A stretch of DNA of 63,743 bases, filler included, from Thraustochytrium aureum (Eukaryota): NCBI GenBank assembly GCA_012862495.1. It is 8 parts of 6 records of this genome, joined end to end, with 100 filler letters (N's around TTAATTAATTAA, not from the genome) between each part and the next. Parts side by side here need not be neighbours in the genome. Positions count along the whole stretch, not along the records: positions 5,893 to 19,726 come from BLSG01000200.1; positions 19,827 to 31,715 come from BLSG01000200.1; 6 more parts are not named here. One strand, 5' to 3'. How positions within the stretch are numbered: the stretch's first letter is position 1; every line of letters begins with the position of its first letter. This document shows positions 11,028 through 24,363 of this stretch, one piece after another. Position numbers and translations under genes: made by a program. A model generated the notes under the pieces. The model was not told where the DNA came from, searched no databases, and saw only the letters and a program-made list of their open reading frames with translations.

Positions 11028-12786
11028 ATGGAGAGGTTTGCTGGAAAGGCCGCGGGCATAGACGCGAATCACGCCCGGAAACTTCGCACGGCCAACGCTG
11101 TCGAGCTGCGACGGAAAGCGCGCGGCGCAAAAGCGCGCGCGAAGAGACAGCGTGCGGTTGAGTGCACAGATCGAGAGCACGAGCTTCCAGTCTCAGTCGT
11201 TCAGCAGCAGGTCGCGGATGCGCTCGCCGTAGTAAAGGCGGCAGGGCAGCCGATCCACGCTGTACGCAAGGCCGTGAGCGCGCTTCGGACGCTCTTGGCG
11301 GGTCCGGCCAAGCCAAGGAAGCTGCCATGCAATTGTGCACGGAACAGGGCCTCGCGCCCGCACTCGCGCCGTGGCTGCGCATACCAGCTGCTTCAAGTGA
11401 CAGCGCTGACGAAGGCGTGTTGAGCGACGCGATATGGTGCGTGTCAAACCTGGCGGCCGGAACGAACGAGCAAACTGCTGCGACGCTTTGTGTTGCCCCG
11501 GAGCTAGTCAGCCTCTTGCGAGGGCCGCGCTCAGTCGCCGAGCAGGCGGCCTGGGCGATCGGCAACATCGCAGGCGACGGCGCGAGCGCAAGAGCCCGGC
11601 TCCTGGCAGAGGGCGCACTGGCGCCATTGGTTACACTTCTCGGAGCGGACTTGGGCGACCCTGGCGCAGTAGAGTCGAAGCGTACCGCTGCCTGGGCAAT
11701 CTGCAACCTTGCACGGGGGCATGAAACGTTTGCAGAGGTGTTTTTCGCCGCCCAAGCGCCGTCAGCGCTGTTGTCCGCTCTCGAGCACTATGCAGCGGTT
11801 TTGGTCGGCCCGACCGATGGGCTCGGTGCCCGCGAAGTGGTGATCGAGTGCATCTGGTGCCTCTCGTTCCTCACTGCCAAAGAACAGGAGTTCTGCCTCC
11901 AGCTCGTCCGCGAGTCGACCATGCTCGGTACGTTGATGCCGCTCTTCTTTCGAGTCGTGTCAGAGCTGCCCGGAATGGTAGACGTGGCCTTGGCCACCCC
12001 GCTGCTTCGGACCATCTCCAACTCGGCTACGCTCGGGTCGTCCACAATCAGAGACATCCTCGGTGCCTTTCCGACGTACTTGGAGCACCTCGCAGCCTTG
12101 CTGCAGCCTGCGTTTCTCGACGCGCAGCCCTCGCTCTGCAAGGAGGCGCTCTGGGCCGTGTCCAACTGCTGCGCCCTCGGGACTCAGCTTGGCGAAGGAG
12201 AGGGAACCAACCCGCTCAAGGCGGAGACGGACACCCTCTTCCTCCAAATGGTGGACTGCTTCCTCAAGCCCGTGTGCTGGCACTTTTCGCACTCGAGCTT
12301 TGAGATGCAGAGAGAAGCCACGTACGCGCTCTTCAACCTTGCCTCACGGCCGAGCCCCGACACGCTCCTCAAGATCCTGACCTCTGGCGAAAAGCCGCCG
12401 GTGCTCGAGGTTGCGCTCTCGCTAATGGGTGCCCCGGACATTGCCCTCGTTACCTTGGCGCTCGACTTTGTGGAGCTCGTGCTCACAAAGCTATCCAATC
12501 CGTTCGCTGCAGCGAGGCTCAAGGGGCGGTCCGGCTCGCAGCTCGTCATGCAGCACTACGGTATTGATGCACTCGAGAATCTGGGCTACAACCAGAACGC
12601 GCCCATCGAGCTGCGGACGCGAGCCACCAACCTCATTGACAAGTACTACGGCGAAGACTGCTTTGAAGACCTCGACGAGGAGGTCGCGGCGCGAGACGAC
12701 GCAGAGTATGCCGACGAGACTGGCGGTCGAAACGGACGAGACAGAGCACAACTTCTTCTTTGCGGGTGACGCTGGCGGGCCTGGAG
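11028..12786 (+). CDS. Importin-alpha-like ARM-repeat protein (divergent, IMPA9/TMCO6-like); frame change near 11320
   Basis: IBB-like basic N-terminus (AVELRRKAR). ARM repeats with W..SN motifs (AIWCVSNLAAG, AAWAIGNIAGD, AAWAICNLARG, ALWAVSN) and a C-terminal LIDKYYG. Confidence 0.8.
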
Positions 12787-13511
12787 NNNNNNNNNNNNNN
12801 NNNNNNNNNNNNNNNNNNNNNNNNNNNNNNNNNNNNNNNNNNNNNNNNNNNNNNNNNNNNNNNNNNNNNNNNNNNNNNNNNNNNNNNNNNNNNNNNNNNN
12901 NNNNNNNNNNNNNNNNNNNNNNNNNNNNNNNNNNNNNNNNNNNNNNNNNNNNNNNNNNNNNNNNNNNNNNNNNNNNNNNNNNNNNNNNNNNNNNNNNNNN
13001 NNNNNNNNNNNNNNNNNNNNNNNNNNNNNNNNNNNNNNNNNNNNNNNNNNNNNNNNNNNNNNNNNNNNNNNNNNNNNNNNNNNNNNNNNNNNNNNNNNNN
13101 NNNNNNNNNNNNNNNNNNNNNNNNNNNNNNNNNNNNNNNNNNNNNNNNNNNNNNNNNNNNNNNNNNNNNNNNNNNNNNNNNNNNNNNNNNNNNNNNNNNN
13201 NNNNNNNNNNNNNNNNNNNNNNNNNNNNNNNNNNNNNNNNNNNNNNNNNNNNNNNNNNNNNNNNNNNNNNNNNNNNNNNNNNNNNNNNNNNNNNNNNNNN
13301 NNNNNNNNNNNNNNNNNNNNNNNNNNNNNNNNNNNNNNNNNNNNNNNNNNNNNNNNNNNNNNNNNNNNNNNNNNNNNNNNNNNNNNNNNNNNNNNNNNNN
13401 NNNNNNNNNNNNNNNNNNNNNNNNNNNNNNNNNNNNNNNNNNNNNNNNNNNNNNNNNNNNNNNNNNNNNNNNNNNNNNNNNNNNNNNNNNNNNNNNNNNN
13501 NNNNNNNNNNC

Positions 13512-15296
13512 GAGGAGGATCTCGCCGCTCGTCGGGTCGTAGAGCCGCGAGAGCAGCTTGATGATGCTGCTCTTTCGCCCCCCGACTCGCCGACGAGGGC
13601 CACAATCTCGCCCGGGTTGATGCTGAGGTTGATGCCGTCCAGCACGAGCGAGTCGGGCCGCGCCGGGTAGCGGAACGAAACGTCCTTGAACTCGACGGTG
13701 CCGCGGAACGAGGCGGGCCGCAGCTTGCCCTTGGTCCGCTCGTGCGGCTCGCGGTTGATGAGCGAAAACACCTTGTCCGCTGCGCCAAGTGCGCCGGCAA
13801 TCCCGCTAAAGATGCCGCCGATGCTGTTTATCGCGTCCGAGAGCGACTGCTGGTAGAGCATGAAGCTGACGAGGTCGCCCGGCTGGATCTGCTTGTCGAT
13901 CACGAGCTTGCCGCCGTAGAAGAGCACAAGCGCGGTGCTGAAGCACGGCAGCAAGGTGCTGATCACCATATAGATCGCGTACAGGATGGCCATGCGCACG
14001 TTGAGCCGGTAGTAGATTTGCATTTTTTGCCTGTACCGCTCGAGCTCGCCCTCCTCGCTCGCGAAGCAGCGCACGGTGTGCATTGTCGTCAAGGCAGCGT
14101 CGCTCACCGCGTTGGCGTTCGCGAGCCGCGCCTGCGTCGCGTCGTACAAGTGCCACACCACGTTGCCGTAAACCTGGGTCACCAGCGCCACCGCCGGCAC
14201 GGTGGCAAACGTGGCCAGACTCAGCTCGGTGTTGATGCGAAACATAAACACTAGCACACCGACGGCCTGCACAAAGCTGCGGAGAAACACGTTGAGGTTG
14301 AGCGTGATTTGGTCGGAGAGCGTCATCGTGTCGCTGTTCAGCCGGCTCGCGAGCTTGCCCGCCTTGGTCTGGTCGTAAAACGCGATGTCCTGCTTGAGCA
14401 GGGACGCCAATAGCCGCTCGCGCACGCGAATGATGAGTTTGGCCATTGCCAGCGTGAACAGGCTGCCGCGCAGCGCGGTAAACACGCCTGTCACCACAGC
14501 GGCGGCCAGGAGCTTGGCCGTGGCGGTCTCCAGCAAAGCCTTGTCCGGATTGGTCGCCACAGTGTTAATAATCTGGCCGGTCAGGTACGGGACCACGCTC
14601 TGGCCCACAGCGGCGATAAGGAGCGCCCCGGCAGCCGCCAGCAGCACTGGCCAGTCAGGAGCGCACATCCGAATAAGCTGCGTGATACTCGCAGAGCGAG
14701 ACGGTTTGGTGACTCCCGCCGCACCATCCTCGCCGTCGGACGCGTCGTCCTTCTTCTCCGCCTTGCCGGAGTCGGGTTTCTCGTCGTCGTCGTCGTCCTC
14801 CTCGTCGTCGTCGACGTCGCTCAGCTTGCCATAGACCCAGTCGAACGTGGACCCGAACAGCCGGCGCTCCGTATCCTTCGCGCGCGCTTTCGTGCGTGGT
14901 GTCATGGCGGCGTACTCGTCACCGCCCTGCTCCGCCTCCAGGAGACGCTCCGTGAGCCCTGGCGCGGTGCGCGTGTCCCCAAAGTCCATGCGGTGAAACA
15001 GGCTCTGGCGCAAGAACGCGTACGTCAGCTTGGTCTGCAACGAGCAGACCGTGAGGCTGACCAGGACGGCGGTCCAGAACCAGGCCACCGAGGGGGCCCA
15101 CGGCCCGTCGTCTACGAGCCTCACCACGAGCTTGGCGAGCGTATACACCCAGAAGGACAAGCAGACGAGGGCGCTAAGGATTGCGGCGAGCATCTCCGCA
15201 CGGCTCTTGCGCGAGAGCCGGCAGCAGGAAACCGCGACGGGGGTGGCAAGCACAAAGATGCCTCGCGCCACAGCCCACACGCAGAGGTCCCCGATA
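13512..15296 (-). CDS. ABCB half-size transporter (TAP/ABCB9-like); both ends in gaps
   Basis: TMD motifs LLKQDIAFYD, SRLNSD and TVRCFASE. The NBD starts VEFKDVSFRYPARP and continues to ALVGESGG(KS) Walker A, which is frameshifted. Confidence 0.9.
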
Positions 15297-16170
15297 NNNN
15301 NNNNNNNNNNNNNNNNNNNNNNNNNNNNNNNNNNNNNNNNNNNNNNNNNNNNNNNNNNNNNNNNNNNNNNNNNNNNNNNNNNNNNNNNNNNNNNNNNNNN
15401 NNNNNNNNNNNNNNNNNNNNNNNNNNNNNNNNNNNNNNNNNNNNNNNNNNNNNNNNNNNNNNNNNNNNNNNNNNNNNNNNNNNNNNNNNNNNNNNNNNNN
15501 NNNNNNNNNNNNNNNNNNNNNNNNNNNNNNNNNNNNNNNNNNNNNNNNNNNNNNNNNNNNNNNNNNNNNNNNNNNNNNNNNNNNNNNNNNNNNNNNNNNN
15601 NNNNNNNNNNNNNNNNNNNNNNNNNNNNNNNNNNNNNNNNNNNNNNNNNNNNNNNNNNNNNNNNNNNNNNNNNNNNNNNNNNNNNNNNNNNNNNNNNNNN
15701 NNNNNNNNNNNNNNNNNNNNNNNNNNNNNNNNNNNNNNNNNNNNNNNNNNNNNNNNNNNNNNNNNNNNNNNNNNNNNNNNNNNNNNNNNNNNNNNNNNNN
15801 NNNNNNNNNNNNNNNNNNNNNNNNNNNNNNNNNNNNNNNNNNNNNNNNNNNNNNNNNNNNNNNNNNNNNNNNNNNNNNNNNNNNNNNNNNNNNNNNNNNN
15901 NNNNNNNNNNNNNNNNNNNNNNNNNNNNNNNNNNNNNNNNNNNNNNNNNNNNNNNNNNNNNNNNNNNNNNNNNNNNNNNNNNNNNNNNNNNNNNNNNNNN
16001 NNNNNNNNNNNNNNNNNNNNNNNNNNNNNNNNNNNNNNNNNNNNNNNNNNNNNNNNNNNNNNNNNNNNNNNNAGTTCGGCCCGTAGCCCCTTTGCGTCGG
16101 CCCTTAGCTGCGGGCAGCTCAGCTGGCAGACCGGCCAACAAAGCTGTGCTTGACAAGCCGATGCGCGAGG

Positions 16171-17157
16171 ATGGGCAGCCTGATGGAGATGCTCGCGCCG
16201 GCGTGCGAATTCCCTCTGGCGGGCGTCAACTGCTCGGCGACGTGGGACAACCGGGTTGGCGCTGCGCGCGTGGACGTGGCCATCGCTGGCATTTCGCTGC
16301 ATGCTGCGGCGGTGGCCGCGATTTTGCTGCAGCTCAAGAACTTGCAAGTCATTTACAAGCGCTCCGCCGTTCGCCTCGAAGCGGGCGCTCGCAACCCGTT
16401 CGAGCTCCACCGGGTGGCATTAGCCAATGCGGCGCTGGGCGTCTTGTGGAGTGCGGCATTCCTCGCTCTGGGCTTCTCGACCGCGCACAAAACAGACACT
16501 GCGGCTGGGTTGGCGGCCTCCCTCGCCTGCGGCCTCAGCATCGGACACCTTACTGCGATGACAGGCGCGGCGCTCCTCGTGCTGCGGCGCGTTCTCCTCG
16601 CGGTCGCGAAAGCGCCCGACGACGGCCGCGCTGTCGCCTACGAGTCGCGCTTCGGGGCATCAGAGTCGCGGACGCTCATGTTTTTGCTGCTGCCCCAGTC
16701 GGCCATGGGTCTCGGCCTTTTTGCACTGCAGGCTGCGCGCCTCATCAGCGACCCTATCGTGGTCATGCGGGTTGGCTTTTGCACGACTTTGGGCCAAATG
16801 GCCTACACCCGCTCAATGGCCCTCCGATTCTTGTTCCCCATAGAGGCAATGCTGCTTGAGCAAGTCGAGGTCTGCCGCGGCGATGCAAGGGAGACCTTGC
16901 TCACCACGCTGAAGCGGATCACCGCAGTGAGGAAGAGCTTCAACCTCAACTTGGCGATTTCTTTTGCGATTTGCACCTTCTTCGCGGCATCGTCGTACTT
17001 GCACGTGCCAGAGGTCGCTGTCGCCGTCATTGGGTACGTCTGGACGCTCGGTGTTTTGCAGGTCGTCTATGTCGGCCTCTCTGTGGTCAAGCCCACGGCA
17101 GCGCCGCGCCGCGCGGCTGTCGCGCCGACGAAAAGCAGCATGCCATCCGAAGGTTAG
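16171..17157 (+). CDS. Uncharacterised multi-pass membrane protein
   Basis: Long ORF with about 6-7 hydrophobic segments. No family recognised. Confidence 0.6.
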   Translation: MGSLMEMLAPACEFPLAGVNCSATWDNRVGAARVDVAIAGISLHAAAVAAILLQLKNLQVIYKRSAVRLEAGARNPFELHRVALANAALGVLWSAAFLALGFSTAHKTDTAAGLAASLACGLSIGHLTAMTGAALLVLRRVLLAVAKAPDDGRAVAYESRFGASESRTLMFLLLPQSAMGLGLFALQAARLISDPIVVMRVGFCTTLGQMAYTRSMALRFLFPIEAMLLEQVEVCRGDARETLLTTLKRITAVRKSFNLNLAISFAICTFFAASSYLHVPEVAVAVIGYVWTLGVLQVVYVGLSVVKPTAAPRRAAVAPTKSSMPSEG

Positions 17158-17713
17158 TCGTGCGCTCGCGTAGCCGCGCCGACTCGTTTTTACTCGCTGT
17201 CGTGGCCTCTCGGGGCAAACCAAGGGGTCGCACTTGCTGACTTGCTTGGCCCTGCCCAGTCCCATCAGAGCGAGCGAGCCTTTGGCGGTCAGAGCCTTGC
17301 ACGCACATTCATCAAAGCCTTGCACGTTCATCAGAGCCTCGCACATCCATCAGAGCCATGCGGTCGGTCATGGCCAAGGCCCTGCTCGGCTCGCGGCGAG
17401 CCGCGACATCATGATTGCGAAAAGCGCCCGCGACTTGGTTCCCGGTTGGGTGGTGCGCGCAATACCTGTCCCACCAAAAATTGAACAATGGTAGTATTTT
17501 GGTTTCGAAATTCCTGTACTTGCAGGCTTGCAGACTTTGGATACGCTTTTGGCCAAGGTTGGGACGAGCTCCGCCGCAAGAAGTAAAACGAGTTCAAGTT
17601 GCTTTCGGGGACGCAGACACGCAGACCCGGAGGCCGCGAAAGTTGCTGAGCAGTGCCCCAAAGGCCGCGTGTCATTCGATCTGCCAAGGAGGCGACAGAA
17701 CGCGCGCGCAAGT

Positions 17714-19655
17714 GATGAAAATGCAACGAAGGCGATACTGGCCGCAGGCCTTGCCGCACTCGCGTCGTCGCGGGCCGCGAACGCGCTTGGCCCTGGCGAG
17801 AGGGAGGCGCTGGCACTCAACGGCCAGGGACTCGGCGACTCTGAACTGGACGAGTGCGTCGCTCAGGCAAAGCAAGGCAAGGTCGTTGGCCAGTACTTTC
17901 CTCCCTGGCCCTCGTGCGCCTTCAAGGGCATTCCCTTCGCTCAGAGCCCCGTGGGCCCTTTGCGATTCAAGCCGCCCAAGGCAGCCGGCCCCTTTCCGAA
18001 CGGCGAGTACCTCGCGACAGAGTTTGGGCCGGGCTGCGTCCAAAACTGCAACCTGCAGCACCCCGACCTGACCTGCCCGGCAACGACCTCGGAAGACTGC
18101 CTGACCCTCAACGTCTTCACCCCCCGCACGCGCCGCAACACGGCCGCCTCAGCCGGCCTGCCTGTGCTCGTGTTCTTCCACGGCGGAAACTACATAAGCG
18201 GGAGGCGGCGGCGTCAAGTTTTACCATGGGAGCCGCTGGGCGCGCAACCACGGCGTGGTGGTAGTGACTAGCAACTACCGGCTCGGCGCCTTGGGCGGTC
18301 TCTTTACGCAGCGCGGCGACATGGGCGGCAACTTTCAGCTGCAGGACCAGCGCTTGGCGCTCGAGTGGGTGCGCGACAACATCGCCGCCTTCGGTGGGTC
18401 TCCAAAGCGAGTCACAATCATGGGCCAGTCTGCTGGAGCCTTTTCGGTGGCGACGCACCTGGCAAGCCCCAAATCGTGGCCCCTGTTCCACGGCGCCGTC
18501 GTCATCTCCGACCCGGTAGCGCTTCCCACCGAGTCGGCCCGCAAAGCCAAAGAGATCTCCTCCATCGTTGTCCGCAAGCTTGGCTGCGGGCGGATGCTGG
18601 AGCGCGACGAGGACGCCTGTCTACGCAACGTGAGCGCAGCGGCTATTCTCAAGGCCCAGGAGNNNNNNNNNNNNNNNNNNNNNNNNNNNNNNNNNNNNNN
18701 NNNNNNNNNNNNNNNNNNNNNNNNNNNNNNNNNNNNNNNNNNNNNNNNNNNNNNNNNNNNNNNNNNNNNNNNNNNNNNNNNNNNNNNNNNNNNNNNNNNN
18801 NNNNNNNNNNNNNNNNNNNNNNNNNNNNNNNNNNNNNNNNNNNNNNNNNNNNNNNNNNNNNNNNNNNNNNNNNNNNNNNNNNNNNNNNNNNNNNNNATGC
18901 CGTGGACGCCTGTTGTCGACCCCGACCAGCTGCCGCTTTCGCCCATGGAAGCCGCGAGGCTGGGCAAGCTTGCCCCAGTGCCCATCATGGTGGGTACGGT
19001 CGCTAACGAATCGGTGCAGTTCATTTGGGAGGCCTCGCCAGAGCCGATGCCGATTGGCAAGTACAAGCTCTTCTTGGACGCCATCTTCGGCTTGGGCGAC
19101 GCGCGCCGCATCTTTGACCTCTACGGCGACCCGCCCAGCTCGATGGTCAGCGCGGGCGACGTGAGGCCCTTTCTGTCGAGCCTCGGGACGGACTACATCT
19201 TTACGTGCAGCGTGCAGCAGTGGGCGCGCTGGGCGAGCAAGACAAACCCGGTCTTCGTCTACCTGTACAGCCACCTGCTCTCCTTCAACGCGTTTTTGCA
19301 GGGCCATTGGATCCCTGAGTGCAAGCCTTTCGTGTGCCACGGCTCCGATCTCCCCGTGCTCTGGGACACTGTCTTCCTCTCCGCCGAGCAAAGCCACCCA
19401 TACCCGACGTTCGAGGAGGGGGTCTTGTCGAGCCAGATGCAAACAATCTGGTCCAACTTTGCCGCTTCTGGCGACCCGAACAGCCCGCGCGCCATTCCAG
19501 GCCAGCTTGGCGCAGCGCTGCCTCCTGTATTTCCCCGTTTCGACGACGCGCGCCGTGCGGTCTTGGAGTTTCGGCTGCCCGATTCGCGCGTTCGCCACCG
19601 CCTTCTCGACGACAAATGCCCGCTGTTCGACCGCATCGGCTACGAGCGCAACTAG
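17714..19655 (+). CDS. Secreted type-B carboxylesterase/cholinesterase-like hydrolase (frameshifts, internal gap)
   Basis: FKGIPFAQSPVGPLRF, SEDCLTLNVFTP, FFHGG, NYRLGALG, nucleophile GQSAG, GTVANE and CHGSDL. Start position is approximate. Confidence 0.9.
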
Positions 19656-19917
19656 TAGCAGACCGTCCAGTAGCGAAGTGCTCCGTATCTCTTGAAACAA
19701 ACCAAAACAAAACCATCGGAGGTCGANNNNNNNNNNNNNNNNNNNNNNNNNNNNNNNNNNNNNNNNNNNNTTAATTAATTAANNNNNNNNNNNNNNNNNN
19801 NNNNNNNNNNNNNNNNNNNNNNNNNNCGAACTTTTTCTGGTGAGAGACTCGCGACCACCCAGGCGAGCAAGCCCCGACGCGCAGGAAGTGGCCGAGCCCG
19901 GCAGCGCTCTGGGCACG

Positions 19918-21547
19918 ATGCGCAAGCAAACGCGGCGGTTTATTGACGCCTGCAAGGTGCGCGTGGTGGGCGGCGCGTAAGTGCAACGGCTGGCCGGGGA
20001 GCGGGCTGGCGGGGCTTGCTCACGGATTGCTTTGCCATCCTCGAGCTGACGTGACCGCGCGTTGAATATTGCGGTGCTCGCGCTCTGGACGCGCTGCAGC
20101 GGCGGGAGGGGGTCGCTGTCGTTCCAGCACATGGTATCCACGAAGAAAAGGCCCGACGGCGGCCACGGCGGCCCCGGCGGCAACGTGTTTGTCCGCACAA
20201 CACTGTCCGTGCAGTCCTTGCGCCTGCCAAAGTTGAAGTATCTGGCGGAGCAGGGCGCGCCCGGTGGCAGGCAGAACTCGGCTGGACGGGTCGGCAGGGA
20301 TATAGAAATCCTAGTCCCGCCTGGCACCATCGTGTCGCGCATTACCCGCGTCGCCGTGGACGAAGACGGCAACCCGCTGGGGTTCACCAAGGAGGATGTG
20401 GTCAAGCGGCGGAAAGAGTACCACGAGGCGCTGCTGTCCGGCAACGGGGCCCCAGAGTCGATGACGTCCACCTCTGGCTTTGAGGCCTTCCGCGCAGGCA
20501 TGGACGGCGAGATTCCAAATTACGCAAAGTTCCAAGACGAAGACGGCGAGTACCAGTTGCCCAGGACGCTCGACGAGGCGATCCTTCTCGAGCCGGCCTA
20601 CATGACCAAGTACGTCCAGATCGCCGACCTCGACCGACCAAACATGAACTGCCTTGTGGCCCGCGGCGGCCGGGGCGGCCGGGGCAACATTGACTTTGTC
20701 GCCTTCAGCCAGCGCTTCTACGACCATGAAAAATTCCACAAGCGCGTCAAAGGCAAACCAGGGGAGGAGTTCGTCCTTCAGCTGACGCTTAAATCTATCG
20801 CTCAAGTCGGCCTCGTCGGCTTCCCCAACGCTGGCAAGTCGACGCTGCTCGGCGCGCTCTCCAAGGCCAAGCCAGAGGTGGCAAACTACCCGTTCACGAC
20901 GCTGCACCCGACGGTAGGCGTGGTCGAGTTTTCCGACAACAAGCGAATCACCGTGGCCGATATCCCAGGGCTCGTGGAGGGCGCTCATGAAAACAAGGGC
21001 CTTGGGCACAAGTTTCTCCGCCACATCGAGCGCACCAACGCGCTCGTGTATGTTCTTGATTGCTCGCTGCACGCTCTTTTCGCCGGCCAAGGTGCGACCA
21101 TGCAAGACCCAGACAGCATCACGCAAGCCCAGGTCATGGACCGCATCGTGGAGGCCTTCCACAAGCTCGTCGTGGAGCTCGAGCTTTACGAGGACGGGCT
21201 CTCGACGAAACCGTGCATCTTGCTCCTCAACAAAATGGACAGGATAGGCGCCTTCAAGATTGACGAGGCTGCGCTTCTGCAGCGCTTTGTCGACTTCAAC
21301 AACAGTATTGGCTCGTCTGACTTTCAAGGTCCGGTCATTTCGCGCCTGGGCGACGAGACCTCGTCGGGTTCTGGCAGGGGCGGCGGCGCCAGCCTCAGCA
21401 GTGCAGACTTTGACGACGTTTCAAGCAGCGACAGCAGCGACGGCGAGAGCGATGGCGAGAGCGAGAGCGATGGCGAGAGCGACAACGACAGCGACAACGA
21501 CAGCGACAACGATTTGTACGATGAGGACGAAGCAGGGTTGGAGAACG
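19918..21547 (+). CDS. Obg-family GTPase (organellar, MTG2-like); intron 19977-20099; 3' end in gap
   Basis: Exon 1 MRKQTRRFIDACKVRVVGG splices in frame to AGGRG. Motifs PDGGHGGPGG, GFPNAGKSTLL, YPFTTL, DIPGL, LRHIERT and NKMD. Confidence 0.92.
19977..20099 (+). other. Spliceosomal intron (123 nt)
   Basis: GTAAGT donor, GCTGAC branch point at about 20045 and CAG acceptor. Removal restores the Obg N-terminus in frame. Confidence 0.88.
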
Positions 21548-22559
21548 NNNNNNNNNNNNNNNNNNNNNNNNNNNNNNNNNNNNNNNNNNNNNNNNNNNNN
21601 NNNNNNNNNNNNNNNNNNNNNNNNNNNNNNNNNNNNNNNNNNNNNNNNNNNNNNNNNNNNNNNNNNNNNNNNNNNNNNNNNNNNNNNNNNNNNNNNNNNN
21701 NNNNNNNNNNNNNNNNNNNNNNNNNNNNNNNNNNNNNNNNNNNNNNNNNNNNNNNNNNNNNNNNNNNNNNNNNNNNNNNNNNNNNNNNNNNNNNNNNNNN
21801 NNNNNNNNNNNNNNNNNNNNNNNNNNNNNNNNNNNNNNNNNNNNNNNNNNNNNNNNNNNNNNNNNNNNNNNNNNNNNNNNNNNNNNNNNNNNNNNNNNNN
21901 NNNNNNNNNNNNNNNNNNNNNNNNNNNNNNNNNNNNNNNNNNNNNNNNNNNNNNNNNNNNNNNNNNNNNNNNNNNNNNNNNNNNNNNNNNNNNNNNNNNN
22001 NNNNNNNNNNNNNNNNNNNNNNNNNNNNNNNNNNNNNNNNNNNNNNNNNNNNNNNNNNNNNNNNNNNNNNNNNNNNNNNNNNNNNNNNNNNNNNNNNNNN
22101 NNNNNNNNNNNNNNNNNNNNNNNNNNNNNNNNNNNNNNNNNNNNNNNNNNNNNNNNNNNNNNNNNNNNNNNNNNNNNNNNNNNNNNNNNNNNNNNNNNNN
22201 NNNNNNNNNNNNNNNNNNNNNNNNNNNNNNNNNNNNNNNNNNNNNNNNNNNNNNNNNNNNNNNNNNNNNNNNNNNNNNNNNNNNNNNNNNNNNNNNNNNN
22301 NNNNNNNNNNNNNNNNNNNNNNNNNNNNNNNNNNNNNNNNNNNNNNNNNNNNNNNNNNNNNNNNNNNNNNNNNNNNNNNNNNNNNNNNNNNNNNNNNNNN
22401 NNNNNNNNNNNNNNNNNNNNNNNNNNNNNNNNNNNNNNNNNNNNNNNNNNNNNNNNNNNNNNNNNNNNNNNNNNNNNNNNNNNNNNNNNNNNNNNNNNNN
22501 NTGTCTCCGCTGCGCTGCGCACGGCCTTCTAAGGACGGGGGACGGCGCCTGGGCGCGGC

Positions 22560-24363
22560 ATGGAGCTGGAGTCCAGCACGCTGCTGTTTCAGGCCGCGCT
22601 GTCAGCAGCAACGGAGACGCTGCAAGAGAATGAGGTGAGGCAGACGCGTGGGTTTGCGATTGCGAGCAGTGCGCTGGATGAAGGCGGGTCCGACCCGGCC
22701 TCGGGCTCGCCCGTGTCGAGCCGCCAAGACATTGAAGAGCGCGAAGCGGAGCGCGTGGATGGAACCAAGCAAACCAAACGGGGCGCGGTGCGTGTATTAG
22801 AAAACAAGCTCGGGCCGCGCGGGCGGCGAGGCCCAACCTCATCGATGCGTGTTTCGAATAAAGCTATTGCCATGGCCGAAGCGACCCCGCCGTGCGCGCT
22901 GCAAAAAAGGCAGGGCCAGCAAGGGTTGCTGAACTGCAACACCCTAACGAGCAACATAAGCAGCCTACCGGCCGACAGAACAACCTCGGCGCAGAGATCT
23001 CAAGCAGCCCAGGGCAGCTCGGGCCGGAGGCCGAGCTCGGCGAAAGGCAAACCAAGTCAGATGCAGAAGCGCGCGATGCTCCTGCACGCGAATGGGAGCG
23101 AGACACGGAGGAGCTCGCCGACCTAGTGTCGCTTTGCCGAACACGGGATCGTGAGGAGCGCGAGCTTCGGGACCTCTTAGAGCGGTTTGTGCAGACCAGG
23201 CGATCGGAGGAGACTTGCAGGCAGGATCCCTGGAAAAGAATAGAAAGATTAGCCGACATGGTCCTCTCCCTCCGCAAAGACCTCGCGCGGGCCAAGGACG
23301 CTGCTTTGCACGAGCGCGAGACGAACACGCTCCTGCAAACGCAGCTCGACCGATGGAAAAGCCGGGTCGAGCGAGACGACCTCGTGGAATCCAAGGAAGT
23401 GCGAGAGCATCGTCGCGTCGTGGGCCAAATCAGCGAGCAGCTCGATGCCAAGACGCTAGAGAATGGCCAGCTGCGGGAGCAGCGAGATGTGCTGGAGCAG
23501 GCGCTCGAAGAGGAGCGGCTCGCCAAAACCATGTGCCAAGAGGAGCTCGCCATGTGTCGAGCTGAACGCGATGCAGCGCAGAAACAGCTCGCCAGCTGGC
23601 GCCGCTCGGCTCAGGCCAAGGCAGGCGAGGTCGGCGCGCGCCTCGCTGCTGCAGAGGGCCAGGCGGCCAAGGCCCTTGAATCCAAGGCCGCCCTTGAGGC
23701 CCGCCTCAAGCACCTCGATGGGCACGTGCAGCGTCTAGCATCGGACAAGTCGGCGGCAGAGAAGCAAGCGAGCGCCGCAGAGGAGGAATCGACCAGCTTG
23801 CGCTCAAGGCTCGAAGCCACTGCCAGGGACAACGACGCCCTGACCCGCGAGCGCAGCGAGCTCAAGCTAGCGCTGGATGAGATCAAGCTGGACTTTCGCG
23901 GCCTCCAGCAGAAAAACCAGGCACTCGTCGAGCAAGTGACCGCGCTCCGCCAGCAGCTCGGCGCAGTTGAGGCAGCCCGAATAAGTGGGTTCCAGGAGCA
24001 GGAGTCCAGCTAGAGCAGCTGCAAGCGGTCGCGGCCTTGGCAAAGTCGCGCGAGGCCTCGTGGAAAGCAAAGCTCGCGCAAGCGCAAGAGGAGGCCTCCA
24101 TGGCCCGCGTGGACGCGGCCAGTCAAGCCGAAGAGGCGCAAGAGCGCATCTCCAACCTCGAGCAAACGCTGAGCGGCCTTATAAAGAACATGCAAAAGCT
24201 CGGGGGGCCGAGCTCGCGCGTCGTGGGGTCAGGCGGACTGGCCAAGCCCGGCGAGCCGCCAGGGGTCGCCAGCGACGCAGCGCTGCTTTTTACAACCGGT
24301 CTTGGCCCGCCCGAATTCGGCGGGAGCGACGGCCTGGACCCGGATGACCGGAACGTCATCACT
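22560..24363 (+). CDS. Long coiled-coil protein (frame changes near 22900 and 24005; 3' end in gap)
   Basis: Consecutive overlapping ORFs with E/Q/A/L heptad character. Start position uncertain. Confidence 0.55.

Noticed and set aside
21421..21510. Short tandem DNA repeats in the Obg gene
   Set aside because: They encode an ordinary acidic low-complexity tail (SDGESE/SDND).
24011..24013. Stop-codon readthrough or programmed frameshift in the coiled-coil gene
   Set aside because: A single-base indel explains it, as at many other sites in this draft.
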